NCBI GenBank assembly: GCA_964016885.1
Contig: OZ024742.1
Span: 245,892,001-245,956,000, forward strand
Reading direction: 5' to 3'
Source: Eledone cirrhosa
Lineage: Eukaryota
DNA length: 64,000 bases
Shown piece by piece: positions 12,401-27,400 of the stretch. The notes beneath the pieces are model-generated. The model saw only the letters and a program-made list of their open reading frames with translations. It was not told the DNA's origin and did not search any database. How positions within the stretch are numbered: position 1 is the stretch's first letter; each line of letters starts with the position of its first letter. Position numbers and translations under genes: made by a program.

Positions 12401-15400
12401 AATATTGTTAGTTCTTCAGAATATTGTTAGTTCTTCAGAATATTGTTAGTTATCAGAATATTGTTGTTTTCAGAATATTGTTAGTTCTTCAGAATATTGT
12501 TAGTTATCAGAATATTGTTAGTTATCAGAATATTGTTAGTTCTTAATATTATTGTCAGTTCTTCAGAATATTGTTATTTCTTCAGAATATTGTTAGTTAT
12601 CAGAATATTGTTAGTTCTTCAGAATATTGTTAGTTATCAGAGAATTGTTAGTTCTTCTGAATATTGTTAGTTATCAGAATATTGTTAGTTCTTCAGAATA
12701 TTGTCAGTTATTCAGAATATTGTTAGTTCTTCAGAATATTGTTTCTTATCAGAATATTGTTAGTTATCAGAACATTGTTAGTTCTTCAGAATATTGTTTC
12801 ATCTTCAGAATATTGTTAGTTCTTCAGAATATTGTTAGTTATCAGAATATTGTTTCTTCTTCAGAATATTGTTAGTTCTTCAGAATATTGTTAGTTATCA
12901 GAATATTGTTAGTTCGTTAGAATATTGTTAGTTCTTCAGAATATTGTTAGTTCTTTAGAATATTTTTATTTATCAGAATATTGTTAGTTCGTTAGAATAT
13001 TGTTAGTTATCAGAATATTGTTAGTTCTGCAGAATATTGTTAGTTTTTCAGAATATTGTTAGTTCTTCAGAATATTGTCAGTTATTCAGAATATTGTTAG
13101 TTCTTCAAAATATTGTTAGTTATCAGAATATTGTTAGTTCTTCAGAATATAGTTAGTTATCAGAATATTGTTAGTTCTTCAGAATATAGTTAGTTATCAA
13201 AATATTGTTAGTTTTTCAGAATATTGTTAGTTCTTCAGAATATTGTCAGTTATTCAGAATATTGTTAGTTCTTCAGAATATTGTTAGTTATCAGAATATT
13301 GTTAGTTCTTCAGAATATTGTTAGTTATGAGAATATTGTTAGTTCTTCAGAATATTGTTAGTTATCAGAATATTGTTAGTTCTTCAGAATATTGTTAGTT
13401 ATCAGAATATTGTTAGTTCTTAAGATTATTGTCAGTTCTTCAGAATATTGTTAGTTCTTCAGAATATTGTTAGTTATCAGAATATTGTTAGTTCTTCAGA
13501 ATATTGTTAGTTCTTCAGAATATTATTAGTTATCAGAATATTGTTAGTTATCAGAATATTGTTAGTTGTCAGAATATTGTAAGTTCTGCAGAATATTGTT
13601 AGTTATCAGAATATTGTTAGTTGTCAGAATATTGTTAGTTCGTCAGAATATTGTTAGTTATGATAATATTGTTGTTTTCAGAATGTTATTAGTTCTTCAG
13701 AATATTGTTAGTTATCAGAATATTGTTAGTTCTTCAGAATATTGTTAGTTCTTTAGAATATTGTTAGTTATCACAATATTGTTAGTTCTGCAGAATATTG
13801 TCAGTTATCACAATATCGTTAGTTCTTCAGAATATTGTTATTTATCAGAATATTGTTAGTTCTTAAGATTATTGCCAGTTCTTCAGAATATTGTTAGATT
13901 TCAGAATATTGTTAATTCTTCAGAATGAGTTAATTCTTCAGAATATTGTTAGTTATCAGAATATTGTTAGTTATCAGAATATCGTTAGTTCTTCAGAATA
14001 TTGTTATTTCTTAGAATATTGTTAGTTCTTTATAATATCGTTAGTTCTTCAGAATATTGTTAGTTCTTAAGAATATTGTTAGTTCTTTAGAATATTGTTA
14101 GTTCTTAATATTATTGTCAGTTCTTCAGAATATTGTTATTTCTTCAGAATATTGTTAGTTCTTCAGAATATTGTTAGTTATCGGAGAATTGTTAGTTATC
14201 AGAATATTGCTAGTTCTTGAGAATATTGTTAATTCTTCGAAATATTGTTAGTTATCTGATTATTGTTAGTTCATTAGAATATTGTTAGTTATCAGAATAT
14301 TGTTAGATTTTCAGAATATTGTTACTTATCAGAATATTATTAGTTATCACTATTGTTAGTTTTTCAGAATATTATTAGTTTTTCAGAATATTGTTAGTTT
14401 TTCAGAATATTGTTAGTTCTTCAGAATATTGTTAGTTATCAGAATATTGTCAGTTATTCAGAATATTGTTACTTATCAAAATATTGTTAGTTCTTCAGAA
14501 TATTGTCAGTTCTTCAGAACATTGTTAGTTCTTCAGAATATTGTTAGTTCTTCAGAATATTGTTAGTTCTTCAGAATATTGTTAGTTACCAGAAAATTGT
14601 TAGGTCTTTAGAATATTGTTAGTTCTTCAGAATATTGTTAGTTCTTCAGAATATTGTTAGTTCTTCAGAATATTGTTAGTTATCAAAATATCGTTAGTTC
14701 TTCAGAATATTGTTAGTTCTTCAGAATATTGTCAGTTATTCAGAATATTGTTAGTTCTTCAAAATATTGTTAGTTATCAGAATATTGTTAGTTCTTCAGA
14801 ATATTGTTAGTTCTTCAGAATATTATTAGTTATCAGAATATTGTTAGTTGTCAGAATATTGTTAGTTCTGCAGAATATTGTTAGTTCTTCAGAATATTGT
14901 TAGTTATCATAATATTGTTGTTTTCAGAATAGTGTTAGTTCTTCAGAATATTGTTAGTTATCAGAACATTGTTATTTATCAGAATATTGTTAGTTATCAG
15001 AGAATTGTTAGTTCTTCTGAATATTGTTAATTATCAGAATATTGTTAGTTCTTAATATTATTGTCAGTTCTTCAGAATATTGTTATTTCTTCAGAATATT
15101 GTTAGTTATCAGAATATTGTTAGTTCTGCAGAATATTGTTAATTATCAGAATATTGTTAGTTCTTCAGAATATTGTCAGTTATTCAGAATATTGTTAGTT
15201 CTTCAGAATATTGTTTCTTATCAGAATATTGTTAGTTATCAGAACATTGTTAGTTCTTCAGAATATTGTTAGTTATCAGAATATTGTTAGTTCGTTAGAA
15301 TATTGTTAGTTCTTCAGAACATTGTTAGTTTTTCAGAATATTGTTAGTTTTTCAGAATATTGTTAGTTTTTCAGAATATTTTCAGTTCTTTAGAATATTG

Positions 15401-18400
15401 TTAGTTCTTCAGAATATTGTTAGTTCTTCAGAATATTGTTAGTTCTTCAGAATATTGTTAGTTCTTCAGAATATTGTTAGTTACCAGAATATTGTTAGTT
15501 CTTCAGAATATTGTTAGTTATCAGAACATTGTTAGTTCTTCAGAATATTGTCAGTTCTTCAGAACATTGTTAGTTCTTCAGAACATTGTTAGTTCTTCAG
15601 AATATTGTTAGTTCTTCAGAATATTGTTAGTTCTTCAGAATATTGTTAGTTTTTCAGAATATTGTTAGTTCTTCAGAATATTGTTAGTTACCAGAAAATT
15701 GTTAGGTCTTTAGAATATTGTTAGTTTTTCAGAATATTGTTAGTTCTTCAGAATATTGTCAATTATTCAGAATATTGTTAGTTCTTCAAAATATTGTTAT
15801 TTATCAGAATATTGTTAGTTCTTCAGAATATTGTTAGTTATCAGAATATTGTCAGTTATTCAGAATATTGTTACTTATCAAAATATTGTTAGTTATCAGA
15901 ACATTGTTAGTTCTTCAGAATATTGTCAGTTCTTCAGAACATTGTTAGTTCTTCAGAATATTGTTAGTTCTTCAGAATATTGTTAGTTCTTCAGAATATT
16001 GTTAGTTATCAAAATATCGTTAGTTCTTCAGAATATTGTTAGTTCTTCAGAATATTGTCAGTTATTCAGAATATTGTTAGTTCTTCAAAATATTGTTAGT
16101 TATCAGAATATTGTTAGTTCTTCAGAATATTGTTAGTTCTTCAGAATATTATTAGTTATCAGAATATTGTTAGTTGTCAGAATATTGTTAGTTCTGCAGA
16201 ATATTGTTAGTTCTTCAGAATATTGTTAGTTATCATAATATTGTTGTTTTCAGAATAGTGTTAGTTCTTCAGAATATTGTTAGTTATCAGAACATTGTTA
16301 TTTATCAGAATATTGTTAGTTATCAGAGAATTGTTAGTTCTTCTGAATATTGTTAATTATCAGAATATTGTTAGTTCTTAATATTATTGTCAGTTCTTCA
16401 GAATATTGTTATTTCTTCAGAATATTGTTAGTTATCAGAATATTGTTAGTTCTGCAGAATATTGTTAATTATCAGAATATTGTTAGTTCTTCAGAATATT
16501 GTCAGTTATTCAGAATATTGTTAGTTCTTCAGAATATTGTTTCTTATCAGAATATTGTTAGTTATCAGAACATTGTTAGTTCTTCAGAATATTGTTAGTT
16601 ATCAGAATATTGTTAGTTCGTTAGAATATTGTTAGTTCTTCAGAACATTGTTAGTTTTTCAGAATATTGTTAGTTTTTCAGAATATTGTTAGTTTTTCAG
16701 AATATTTTCAGTTCTTTAGAATATTGTTAGTTCTTCAGAATATTGTTAGTTCTTCAGAATATTGTTAGTTCTTCAGAATATTGTTAGTTCTTCAGAATAT
16801 TGTTAGTTACCAGAATATTGTTAGTTCTTCAGAATATTGTTAGTTATCAGAACATTGTTAGTTCTTCAGAATATTGTCAGTTCTTCAGAACATTGTTAGT
16901 TCTTCAGAACATTGTTAGTTCTTCAGAATATTGTTAGTTCTTCAGAATATTGTTAGTTCTTCAGAATATTGTTAGTTTTTCAGAATATTGTTAGTTCTTC
17001 AGAATATTGTTAGTTACCAGAAAATTGTTAGGTCTTTAGAATATTGTTAGTTTTTCAGAATATTGTTAGTTCTTCAGAATATTGTCAATTATTCAGAATA
17101 TTGTTAGTTCTTCAAAATATTGTTATTTATCAGAATATTGTTAGTTCTTCAGAATATTGTTAGTTATCAGAATATTGTCAGTTATTCAGAATATTGTTAC
17201 TTATCAAAATATTGTTAGTTATCAGAACATTGTTAGTTCTTCAGAATATTGTCAGTTCTTCAGAACATTGTTAGTTCTTCAGAATATTGTTAGTTCTTCA
17301 GAATATTGTTAGTTCTTCAGAATATTGTTAGTTATCAAAATATCGTTAGTTCTTCAGAATATTGTTAGTTCTTCAGAATATTGTCAGTTATTCAGAATAT
17401 TGTTAGTTCTTCAAAATATTGTTAGTTATCAGAATATTGTTAGTTCTTCAGAATATTGTTAGTTCTTCAGAATATTATTAGTTATCAGAATATTGTTAGT
17501 TGTCAGAATATTGTTAGTTCTGCAGAATATTGTTAGTTCTTCAGAATATTGTTAGTTATCATAATATTGTTGTTTTCAGAATAGTGTTAGTTCTTCAGAA
17601 TATTGTTAGTTATCAGAACATTGTTATTTATCAGAATATTGTTAGTTATCAGAGAATTGTTAGTTCTTCTGAATATTGTTAATTATCAGAATATTGTTAG
17701 TTCTTAATATTATTGTCAGTTCTTCAGAATATTGTTATTTCTTCAGAATATTGTTAGTTATCAGAATATTGTTAGTTCTGCAGAATATTGTTAATTATCA
17801 GAATATTGTTAGTTCTTCAGAATATTGTCAGTTATTCAGAATATTGTTAGTTCTTCAAAATATTGTTTCTTATCAGAATATTGTTAGTTATCAGAACATT
17901 GTTAGTTCTTCAGAATATTGTTAGTTATCAGAATATTGTTTCCCCTTCAGAATGTTATTAGTTCTTCAGAATATTGTTAGTTATCAGAATATTGTTAGTT
18001 CGTTAGAATATTGTTAGTTCTTCAGAACATTGTTAGTTTTTCAGAATATTGTTAGTTTTTCAGAATATTGTTAGTTTTTCAGAATATTTTCAGTTCTTTA
18101 GAATATTGTTAGTTCTTCAGAATATTGTTAGTTCTTCAGAATATTGTTAGTTCTTCAGAATATTGTTAGTTCTTCAGAATATTGTTAGTTACCAGAATAT
18201 TGTTAGTTCTTCAGAATATTGTTAGTTATCAGAACATTGTTAGTTCTTCAGAATATTGTCAGTTCTTCAGAACATTGTTAGTTCTTCAGAATATTGTTAG
18301 TTCTTCAGAATATTGTTAGTTCTTCAGAATATTGTTAGTTTTTCAGAATATTGTTAGTTCTTCAGAATATTGTTAGTTACCAGAAAATTGTTAGGTCTTT

Positions 18401-21400
18401 AGAATATTGTTAGTTTTTCAGAATATTGTTAGTTCTTCAGAATATTGTCAGTTATTCAGAATATTGTTAGTTCTTCAGAATATTGTTAGTTCTTCAGAAT
18501 ATTGTTAGTTATCAGAATATTGTTAGTTATCAGAATATTGTTAGTTCTTCAGAATATTGTTAGTTATCAGAATATTGTTAGTTCTTCAGAATATTGTCAG
18601 TTCTTCAGAATATTGTCAGTTATTCAGAATATTGTTAGTTCTTCAGAATATTGTCAGTTATTCAGAATATTGTTAGTTCTTCAGAATATTGTCAGTTCTT
18701 CAGAATATTGTCAGTTCTTCAGAATATTGTTAGTTATCGGAATATTGTCAGTTCTTCAGAATATTGTTAGTTCTTCAGAATATTGTTAGTTATGAGAATA
18801 TTGTTAGTTCTTCACAATATTGTTAGTTATCAGAATATTGTTAGTTCTTCAGAATATTGTCAGTTCTTCAGAATATTGTCAGTTATTCAGAATATTGTTA
18901 GTTCTTCAGAATATTGTCAGTTCTTCAGAATATTGTCAGTTCTTCAGAATATTGTTAGTTATCGGAATATTGTCAGTTCTTCAGAATATTGTTAGTTCTT
19001 CAGAATATTGTTAGTTATGAGAATATTGTTAGTTCTTCAGAATATTGTTAGTTCTTCAGAATATTGTCAGTTCTTCAGAATATTGTTAGTTATCGGAATA
19101 TTGTCAGTTCTTCAGAATATTGTTAGTTCTTCAAAATATTGTTATTTATCAGAATATTGTTATTTCTTCAGAATATTGTTAGTTATCAGAATATTGTTAG
19201 TTCTTCAGAATATTGTCAGTTCTTCAGAATATTGTCAGTTATTCAGAATATTGTTAGTTCTTCAGAATATTGTCAGTTATTCAGAATATTGTTAGTTCTT
19301 CAGAATATTGTTTCTTATCAGAATATTGTTAGTTATCAGAACATTGTTAGTTCTTCAGAATATTGTTTCATCTTCAGAATATTGTTAGTTCTTCAGAATA
19401 TTGTTAGTTCTTCAGAATATTGTTAGTTCTTCAGAATATTGTTAGTTATCAGAATATTGTTAGTTCCTCAGAATATTATTAGTTCTTCAGAATATTGTTA
19501 GTTATCAGAATATTGTTAGTTCTTCAGAATATTGTTAGTTCTTCAGAATATTGTTAGTTCTTCAGAATATTGTTAGTTATCAGAATATTTTCATTTCTTC
19601 AGAATATTGTTAGTTCTTCAGAATATTGTTAGTTATCAGAATATTGTTAGTGCTGCAGAATATTGTTAATTATCAGCATATTGTTATTTCTTAATATTAT
19701 TGTCAGTTCTTCGGAGTATTGTTAGTTCTTCAGAATATGGTTAGTTATCAGAATATTGTTAGTTCTGCAGAATATTGTCAGTTATCACAATATCGTTAGT
19801 TCTTCAGAATATTGTTATTTATCAGAATATTGTTAGTTCTTAAGATTATTGTCAGTTCTTCAGAATATTGTTAGATTTCAGAATATTGTTAGTTCTTCAG
19901 AATATTATTGTTAATTCTTCAGAATATTGTTAGTTATCAGAATATTGTTAGTTATCAGAATATTGTTAGTTCTTCAGAATATTGTTATTTCTTAGAATAT
20001 TGTTAGTTCTTTATAATATCGTTAGTTCTTCAGAATATTGTTAGTTCTTAAGAATATTGTTAGTTCTTTAGAATATTGTTAGTTCTTAATATTATTGTCA
20101 GTTCTTCAGAATATTGTTATTTCTTCAGAATATTGTTAGTTATAAGAATATTGTTAGTTCTTAATATTATTGTCAGTTCTTCAGAACATTGTTATTTCTT
20201 CAGAATATTGTTAGTTATAAGAATATTGTTAGTTCTTCAGAATATTGTTAGTTATCGGAGAATGTTAGTTATCAGAATATTGCTAGTTCTTCAGAATATT
20301 GTTAATTCTTCGAAATATTGTTAGTTATCTGATTATTGTTAGTTCATTAGAATATTGTTAGTTATCAGAATATTGTTAGATTTTCAGAATATTGTTACTT
20401 ATCAGAATATTATTAGTTATCAATATTGTTAGTTTTTCAGAATATTATTAGTTTTTCAGAATATTGTTAGTTTTTCAGAATATTGTTAGTTCTTCAGAAT
20501 ATTGTTAGTTATCAGAACATTGTTAGTTCTTCAGAATATTGTCAGTTCTTCAGAACATTGTTAGTTCTTCAGAATATTGTTAGTTCTTCAGAATATTGTT
20601 AGTTCTTCAGAATATTGTTAGTTATCAAAATATCGTTAGTTCTTCAGAATATTGTGAGTTTTTCAGAATATTGTTAGTTCTTCAGAATATTGTCAGTTAT
20701 TCAGAATATTGTTAGTTCTTCAGAATATTGTTTCTTATCAGAATATTGTTAGTTATCAGAACATTGTTAGTTCTTCAGAATATTGTTTCATCTTCAGAAT
20801 ATTGTTAGTTTTTCAGAATATTGTTAGTTATCAGAATATTGTTTCTTCTTCAGAATATTGTTAGTTCTTCAGAATATTGTTAGTTATCAGAATATTGTTA
20901 GTTCGTTAGAATATTGTTAGTTCTTCAGAATATTGTTAGTTCTGCAGAATATTGTTAGTTTTTCAGAATATTGTCAGTTATCAGAATATTGTTAATTCTT
21001 CAGAATATTGTTAGTTCTTCAGAATATTGTTAGTTTTTCAGAATATTGTTAGTTTTTCAGAATATTGTTAGTTTTTCAGAATATTGTCAGTTCTTCAGAA
21101 TATTGTTAGTTCTTCAGAATATTGTTAGTTCTGCAGAATATTGTTAGTTTTTCAGAATATTGATAGTTATCAGAATATTGTCAGTTATCAGAATATTGTT
21201 AATTGTTCAGAATATTGTTAGTTCTTCAGAATATTGTTAGTTCTTCAGAATATTGTTAGTTCTGCAGAATATTGTTAGTTTTTCAGAATATTGTTAGTTA
21301 TCAGAATATTGTCAGTTATCAGAATATTGTTAATTCTTCAGAATATTGTTAGTTCTTCAGAATATTGTTAGTTTTTCAGAATATTGTTAGTTTTTCAGAA

Positions 21401-24400
21401 TATTGTTAGTTTTTCAAAATATTGTCAGTTCTTCAGAATATTGTTAGTTTTTCAGAATATTGTTAGTTTTTCAGAATATTGTCAGTTCTTTAGAATATTG
21501 TTAGTTCTTCAGAATTTTGTTAGTTCTGCAGAATATTGTTAGTTATCAGAATATTGTCAGTTATCAGAATATTGTTAATTCTTCAGAATATTGTTAGTTC
21601 TTCAGAATATCGTTAGTTTTTCAGAATATTGTCAGTTCTTCAGAATATTGTTAGTTATCAGAATATTGTTAGTTCTTCAGAATATTATTAGTTCTTCAGA
21701 ATATTGTTAGTTATCAGAATATTGTCAGTTCTTCAGAATATTGTTAGTTCTTCAGAATATTGTTAGTTCTTCAGAATATTGTTAGTTCTTCAGAATATTG
21801 TTAGTTATCAGAATATTGTTAGTTCTTCAGAATATTATTAGTTCTTCAGAATATTGTTAGTTATCAGAATATTGTTAGTTCTTCAGAATATTGTTAGTTC
21901 TTCAGAATATTGTTAGTTCTTCAGAATATTGTTAGTTCTTCAGAATATTGTTAGTTATCAGAATATTATCAGTTCTTCAGAATATTGTTAATTCTTCAGA
22001 ATATTGTTAGTTATCAGAATATTGTTAGTTCTTCAGAATATTGTTAGTTATCAGAATATTATCAGTTCTTCAGAATATTATTAGTTCTTCAGAATATTGT
22101 TAGTTATCAGAATATTATCAGTTCTTCAGAATATTGTTAGTTCTTAATATTATTGTCAGTTCTTCGGAGTATTGTTAGTTCTTCAGAATATGGTTAGTTA
22201 TCAAAATATTGTTAGTTCTGCAGAATATTGTCAGTTATCACAATATCGTTAGTTCTTCAGAATATTGTTATTTATCAGAATATTGTTAGTTCTTAAGATT
22301 ATTGCCAGTTCTTCAGAATATTGTTAGATTTCAGAATATTGTTAATTCTTCAGAATGAGTTAATTCTTCAGAATATTGTTAGTTATCAGAATATTGTTAG
22401 TTATCAGAATATCGTTAGTTCTTCAGAATATTGTTATTTCTTAGAATATTGTTAGTTCTTTATAATATCGTTAGTTCTTCAGAATATTGTTAGTTCTTAA
22501 GAATATTGTTAGTTCTTTAGAATATTGTTAGTTCTTAATATTATTGTCAGTTCTTCAGAATATTGTTATTTCTTCAGAATATTGTTAGTTCTTCAGAATA
22601 TTGTTAGTTATCAGAGAATTGTTAGTTATCAGAATATTGCTAGTTCTTGAGAATATTGTTAATTCTTCGAAATATTGTTAGTTATCTGATTATTGTTAGT
22701 TCATTAGAATATTGTTAGTTATCAGAATATTGTTAGATTTTCAGAATATTGTTACTTATCAGAATATTATTAGTTATCAATATTGTTAGTTTTTCAGAAT
22801 ATTATTAGTTTTTCAGAATATTGTTAGTTTTTCAGAATATTGTTAGTTCTTCAGAATATTGTTAGTTATCAGAATATTGTCAGTTATTCAGAATATTGTT
22901 ACTTATCAAAATATTGTTAGTTATCAGAACATTGTTAGTTCTTCAGAATATTGTCAGTTCTTCAGAACATTGTTAGTTCTTCAGAATATTGTTAGTTCTT
23001 CAGAATATTGTTAGTTCTTCAGAATATTGTTAGTTATCAAAATATCGTTAGTTCTTCAGAATATTGTTAGTTCTTCAGAATATTGTCAGTTATTCAGAAT
23101 ATTGTTAGTTCTTCAAAATATTGTTAGTTATCGGAATATTGTTAGTTCTTCAGAATATTGTTAGTTCTTCAGAATATTATTAGTTATCAGAATATTGTTA
23201 GTTGTCAGAATATTGTTAGTTCTGCAGAATATTGTTAGTTCTTCAGAATATTGTTAGTTATCATAATATTGTTGTTTTCAGAATATTGTTAGTTATCAGA
23301 ACATTGTTATTTATCAGAATATTGTTAGTTATCAGAGAATTGTTAGTTCTTCTGAATATTGTTAATTATCAGAATATTGTTAGTTCTTAATATTATTGTC
23401 AGTTCTTCAGAATATTGTTATTTCTTCAGAATATTGTTAGTTATCAGAATATTGTTAGTTCTGCAGAATATTGTTAATTATCAGAATATTGTTAGTTCTT
23501 CAGAATATTGTCAGTTATTCAGAATATTGTTAGTTCTTCAGAATATTGTTTCTTATCAGAATATTGTTAGTTATCAGAACATTGTTAGTTCTTCAGAATA
23601 TTGTTAGTTATCAGAATATTGTTTCCCCTTCAGAATGTTATTAGTTCTGCAGAATATTGTTAGTTATCAGTATATTGTTAGTTCGTTAGAATATTGTTAG
23701 TTCTTCAGAACATTGTTAGTTTTTCAGAATATTGTTAGTTTTTCAGAATATTTTCAGTTCTTTAGAATATTGTTAGTTCTTCAGAATATTGTTAGTTCTT
23801 CAGAATATTGTTAGTTCTTCAGAATATTGTTAGTTCTTCAGAATATTGTTAGTTACCAGAATATTGTTAGTTCTTCAGAATATTGTTAGTTATCAGAACA
23901 TTGCTAGTTCTTCAGAATATTGTCAGTTCTTCAGAACATTGTTAGTTCTTCAGAATATTGTTAGTTCTCACAGAATATTGTTAGTTCTTCAGAATATTGT
24001 TAGTTATCAGAATATTGTTAGTTCTTCAGAATATTGTTAGTTCTTCAGAATATTATTAGTTATCAGAATATTGTTAGTTATCAGAATATTGTTAGTTGTC
24101 AGAATATTGTTAGTTCTTCAGAATATTGTTAGTTACCAGAAAATTGTTAGGTCTTTAGAATATTGTTAGTTTTTCAGAATATTGTTAGTTCTTCAGAATA
24201 TTGTCAATTATTCAGAATATTGTTAGTTCTTCAAAATATTGTTATTTATCAGAATATTGTTAGTTCTTCAGAATATTGTTAGTTATCAGAATATTGTCAG
24301 TTATTCAGAATATTGTTACTTATCAAAATATTGTTAGTTATCAGAACATTGTTAGTTCTTCAGAATATTGTCAGTTCTTCAGAACATTGTTAGTTCTTCA

Positions 24401-27400
24401 GAATATTGTTAGTTCTTCAGAATATTGTTAGTTCTTCAGAATATTGTTAGTTATCAAAATATCGTTAGTTCTTCAGAATATTGTTAGTTCTTCAGAATAT
24501 TGTCAGTTATTCAGAATATTGTTAGTTCTTCAAAATATTGTTAGTTATCAGAATATTGTTAGTTCTTCAGAATATTGTTAGTTCTTCAGAATATTATTAG
24601 TTATCAGAATATTGTTAGTTGTCAGAATATTGTTAGTTCTGCAGAATATTGTTAGTTCTTCAGAATATTGTTAGTTATCATAATATTGTTGTTTTCAGAA
24701 TAGTGTTAGTTCTTCAGAATATTGTTAGTTATCAGAACATTGTTATTTATCAGAATATTGTTAGTTATCAGAGAATTGTTAGTTCTTCTGAATATTGTTA
24801 ATTATCAGAATATTGTTAGTTCTTAATATTATTGTCAGTTCTTCAGAATATTGTTATTTCTTCAGAATATTGTTAGTTATCAGAATATTGTTAGTTCTGC
24901 AGAATATTGTTAATTATCAGAATATTGTTAGTTCTTCAGAATATTGTCAGTTATTCAGAATATTGTTAGTTCTTTGAATATTGTTTCTTATCAGAATATT
25001 GTTAGTTATCAGAACATTGTTAGTTCTTCAGAATATTGTTAGTTATCAGAATATTGTTTCCCCTTCAGAATGTTATTAGTTCTTCAGAATATTGTTAGTT
25101 ATCAGAATATTGTTAGTTCGTTAGAATATTGTTAGTTCTTCAGAACATTGTTAGTTTTTCAGAATATTTTCAGTTCTTTAGAATATTGTTAGTTCTTCAG
25201 AATATTGTTAGTTCTTCAGAATATTGTTATTTCTTCAGAATATTGTTAGTTCTTCAGAATATTGTTAGTTACCAGAATATTGTTAGTTCTTCAGAATATT
25301 GTTAGTTATCAGAACATTGTTAGTTCTTCAGAATATTGTCAGTTCTTCAGAACATTGTTAGTTCTTCAGAATATTGTTAGTTCTTCAGAATATTGTTAGT
25401 TCTTCAGAATATTGTTAGTTTTTCAGAATATTGTTAGTTCTTCAGAATATTGTTAGTTACCAGAAAATTGTTAGGTCTTTAGAATATTGTTAGTTTTTCA
25501 GAATATTGTTAGTTCTTCAGAATATTGTCAGTTATTCAGAATATTGTTAGTTCTTCAAAATATTGTTATTTATCAGAATATTGTTATTTCTTCAGAATAT
25601 TGTTAGTTATCAGAATATTGTTAGTTCTTCAGAATATTGTTAGTTATCAGAATATTGTTAGTTCTTCAGAATATTGTCAGTTCTTCAGAATATTGTCAGT
25701 TATTCAGAATATTGTTAGTTCTTCAGAATATTGTTTCTTATCAGAATATTGTTAGTTATCAGAACATTGTTAGTTCTTCAGAATATTGTTTCATCTTCAG
25801 AATATTGTTAGTTCTTCAGAATATTGTTAGTTCTTCAGAATATTGTTAGTTCTTCAGAATATTATTAGTTCTTCAGAATATTGTTAGTTATCAGAATATT
25901 GTTAGTTCTTCAGAATATTGTTAGTTCTTCAGAATATTGTTAGTTCTTCAGAATATTGTTAGTTATCAGAATATTTTCAGTTCTTCAGAATATTGTTAGT
26001 TCTTCAGAATATTGTTAGTTATCAGAATATTGTTAGTGCTGCAGAATATTGTTAATTATCAGCATATTGTTATTTCTTAATATTATTGTCAGTTCTTCGG
26101 AGTATTGTTAGTTCTTCAGAATATGGTTAGTTATCAGAATATTGTTAGTTCTGCAGAATATTGTCAGTTATCACAATATCATTAGTTCTTCAGAATATTG
26201 TTATTTATCAGAATATTGTTAGTTCTTAAGATTATTGTCAGTTCTTCAGAATATTGTTAGATTTCAGAATATTGTTAGTTCTTCAGAATATTATTGTTAA
26301 TTCTTCAGAATGAGTTAATTCTTCAGAATATTGTTAGATTTCAGAATATTGTTAGTTCTTCAGAATATTATTGTTAATTCTTCAGAATGAGTTAATTCTT
26401 CAGAATATTGTTAGTTATCAGAATATTGTTAGTTATCAGAATATTGTTAGTTCTTCAGAATATTATTAGTTCTTCAGAATATTGTTAGTTATCAGAATAT
26501 TGTCAGTTCTTCAGAATATTGTTAGTTCTTCAGAATATTGTTAGTTCTTCAGAATATTGTTAGTTCTTCAGAATATTGTTAGTTCTTTATAATATCGTTA
26601 GTTCTTCAGAATATTGTTAGTTCTTAAGAATATCGTTAGTTTTTCAGAATATTGTCAGTTCTTCAGAATATTGTTAGTTATCAGAATATTGTTAGTTCTT
26701 CAGAATATTATTAGTTCTTCAGAATATTGTTAGTTATCAGAATATTGTCAGTTCTTCAGAATATTGTTAGTTCTTCAGAATATTGTTAGTTCTTCAGAAT
26801 ATTGTTAGTTCTTCAGAATATTGTTAGTTATCAGAATATTGTTAGTTCTTCAGAATATTATTAGTTCTTCAGAATATTGTTAGTTATCAGAATATTGTTA
26901 GTTCTTCAGAATATTGTTAGTTCTTCAGAATATTGTTAGTTCTTCAGAATATTGTTAGTTCTTCAGAATATTGTTAGTTATCAGAATATTATCAGTTCTT
27001 CAGAATATTGTTAGTTCTTCAGAATATTGTTAGTTATCAGAATATTGTTAGTTCTTCAGAATATTGTTAGTTATCAGAATATTATCAGTTCTTCAGAATA
27101 TTATTAGTTCTTCAGAATATTGTTAGTTATCAGAATATTATCAGTTCTTCAGAATATTGTTAGTTCTTAATATTATTGTCAGTTCTTCGGAGTATTGTTA
27201 GTTCTTCAGAATATGGTTAGTTATCACAATATTGTTAGTTCTGCAGAATATTGTCAGTTATCACAATATCGTTAGTTCTTCAGAATATTGTTATTTATCA
27301 GAATATTGTTAGTTCTTAAGATTATTGCCAGTTCTTCAGAATATTGTTAGATTTCAGAATATTGTTAATTCTTCAGAATGAGTTAATTCTTTAGAATATT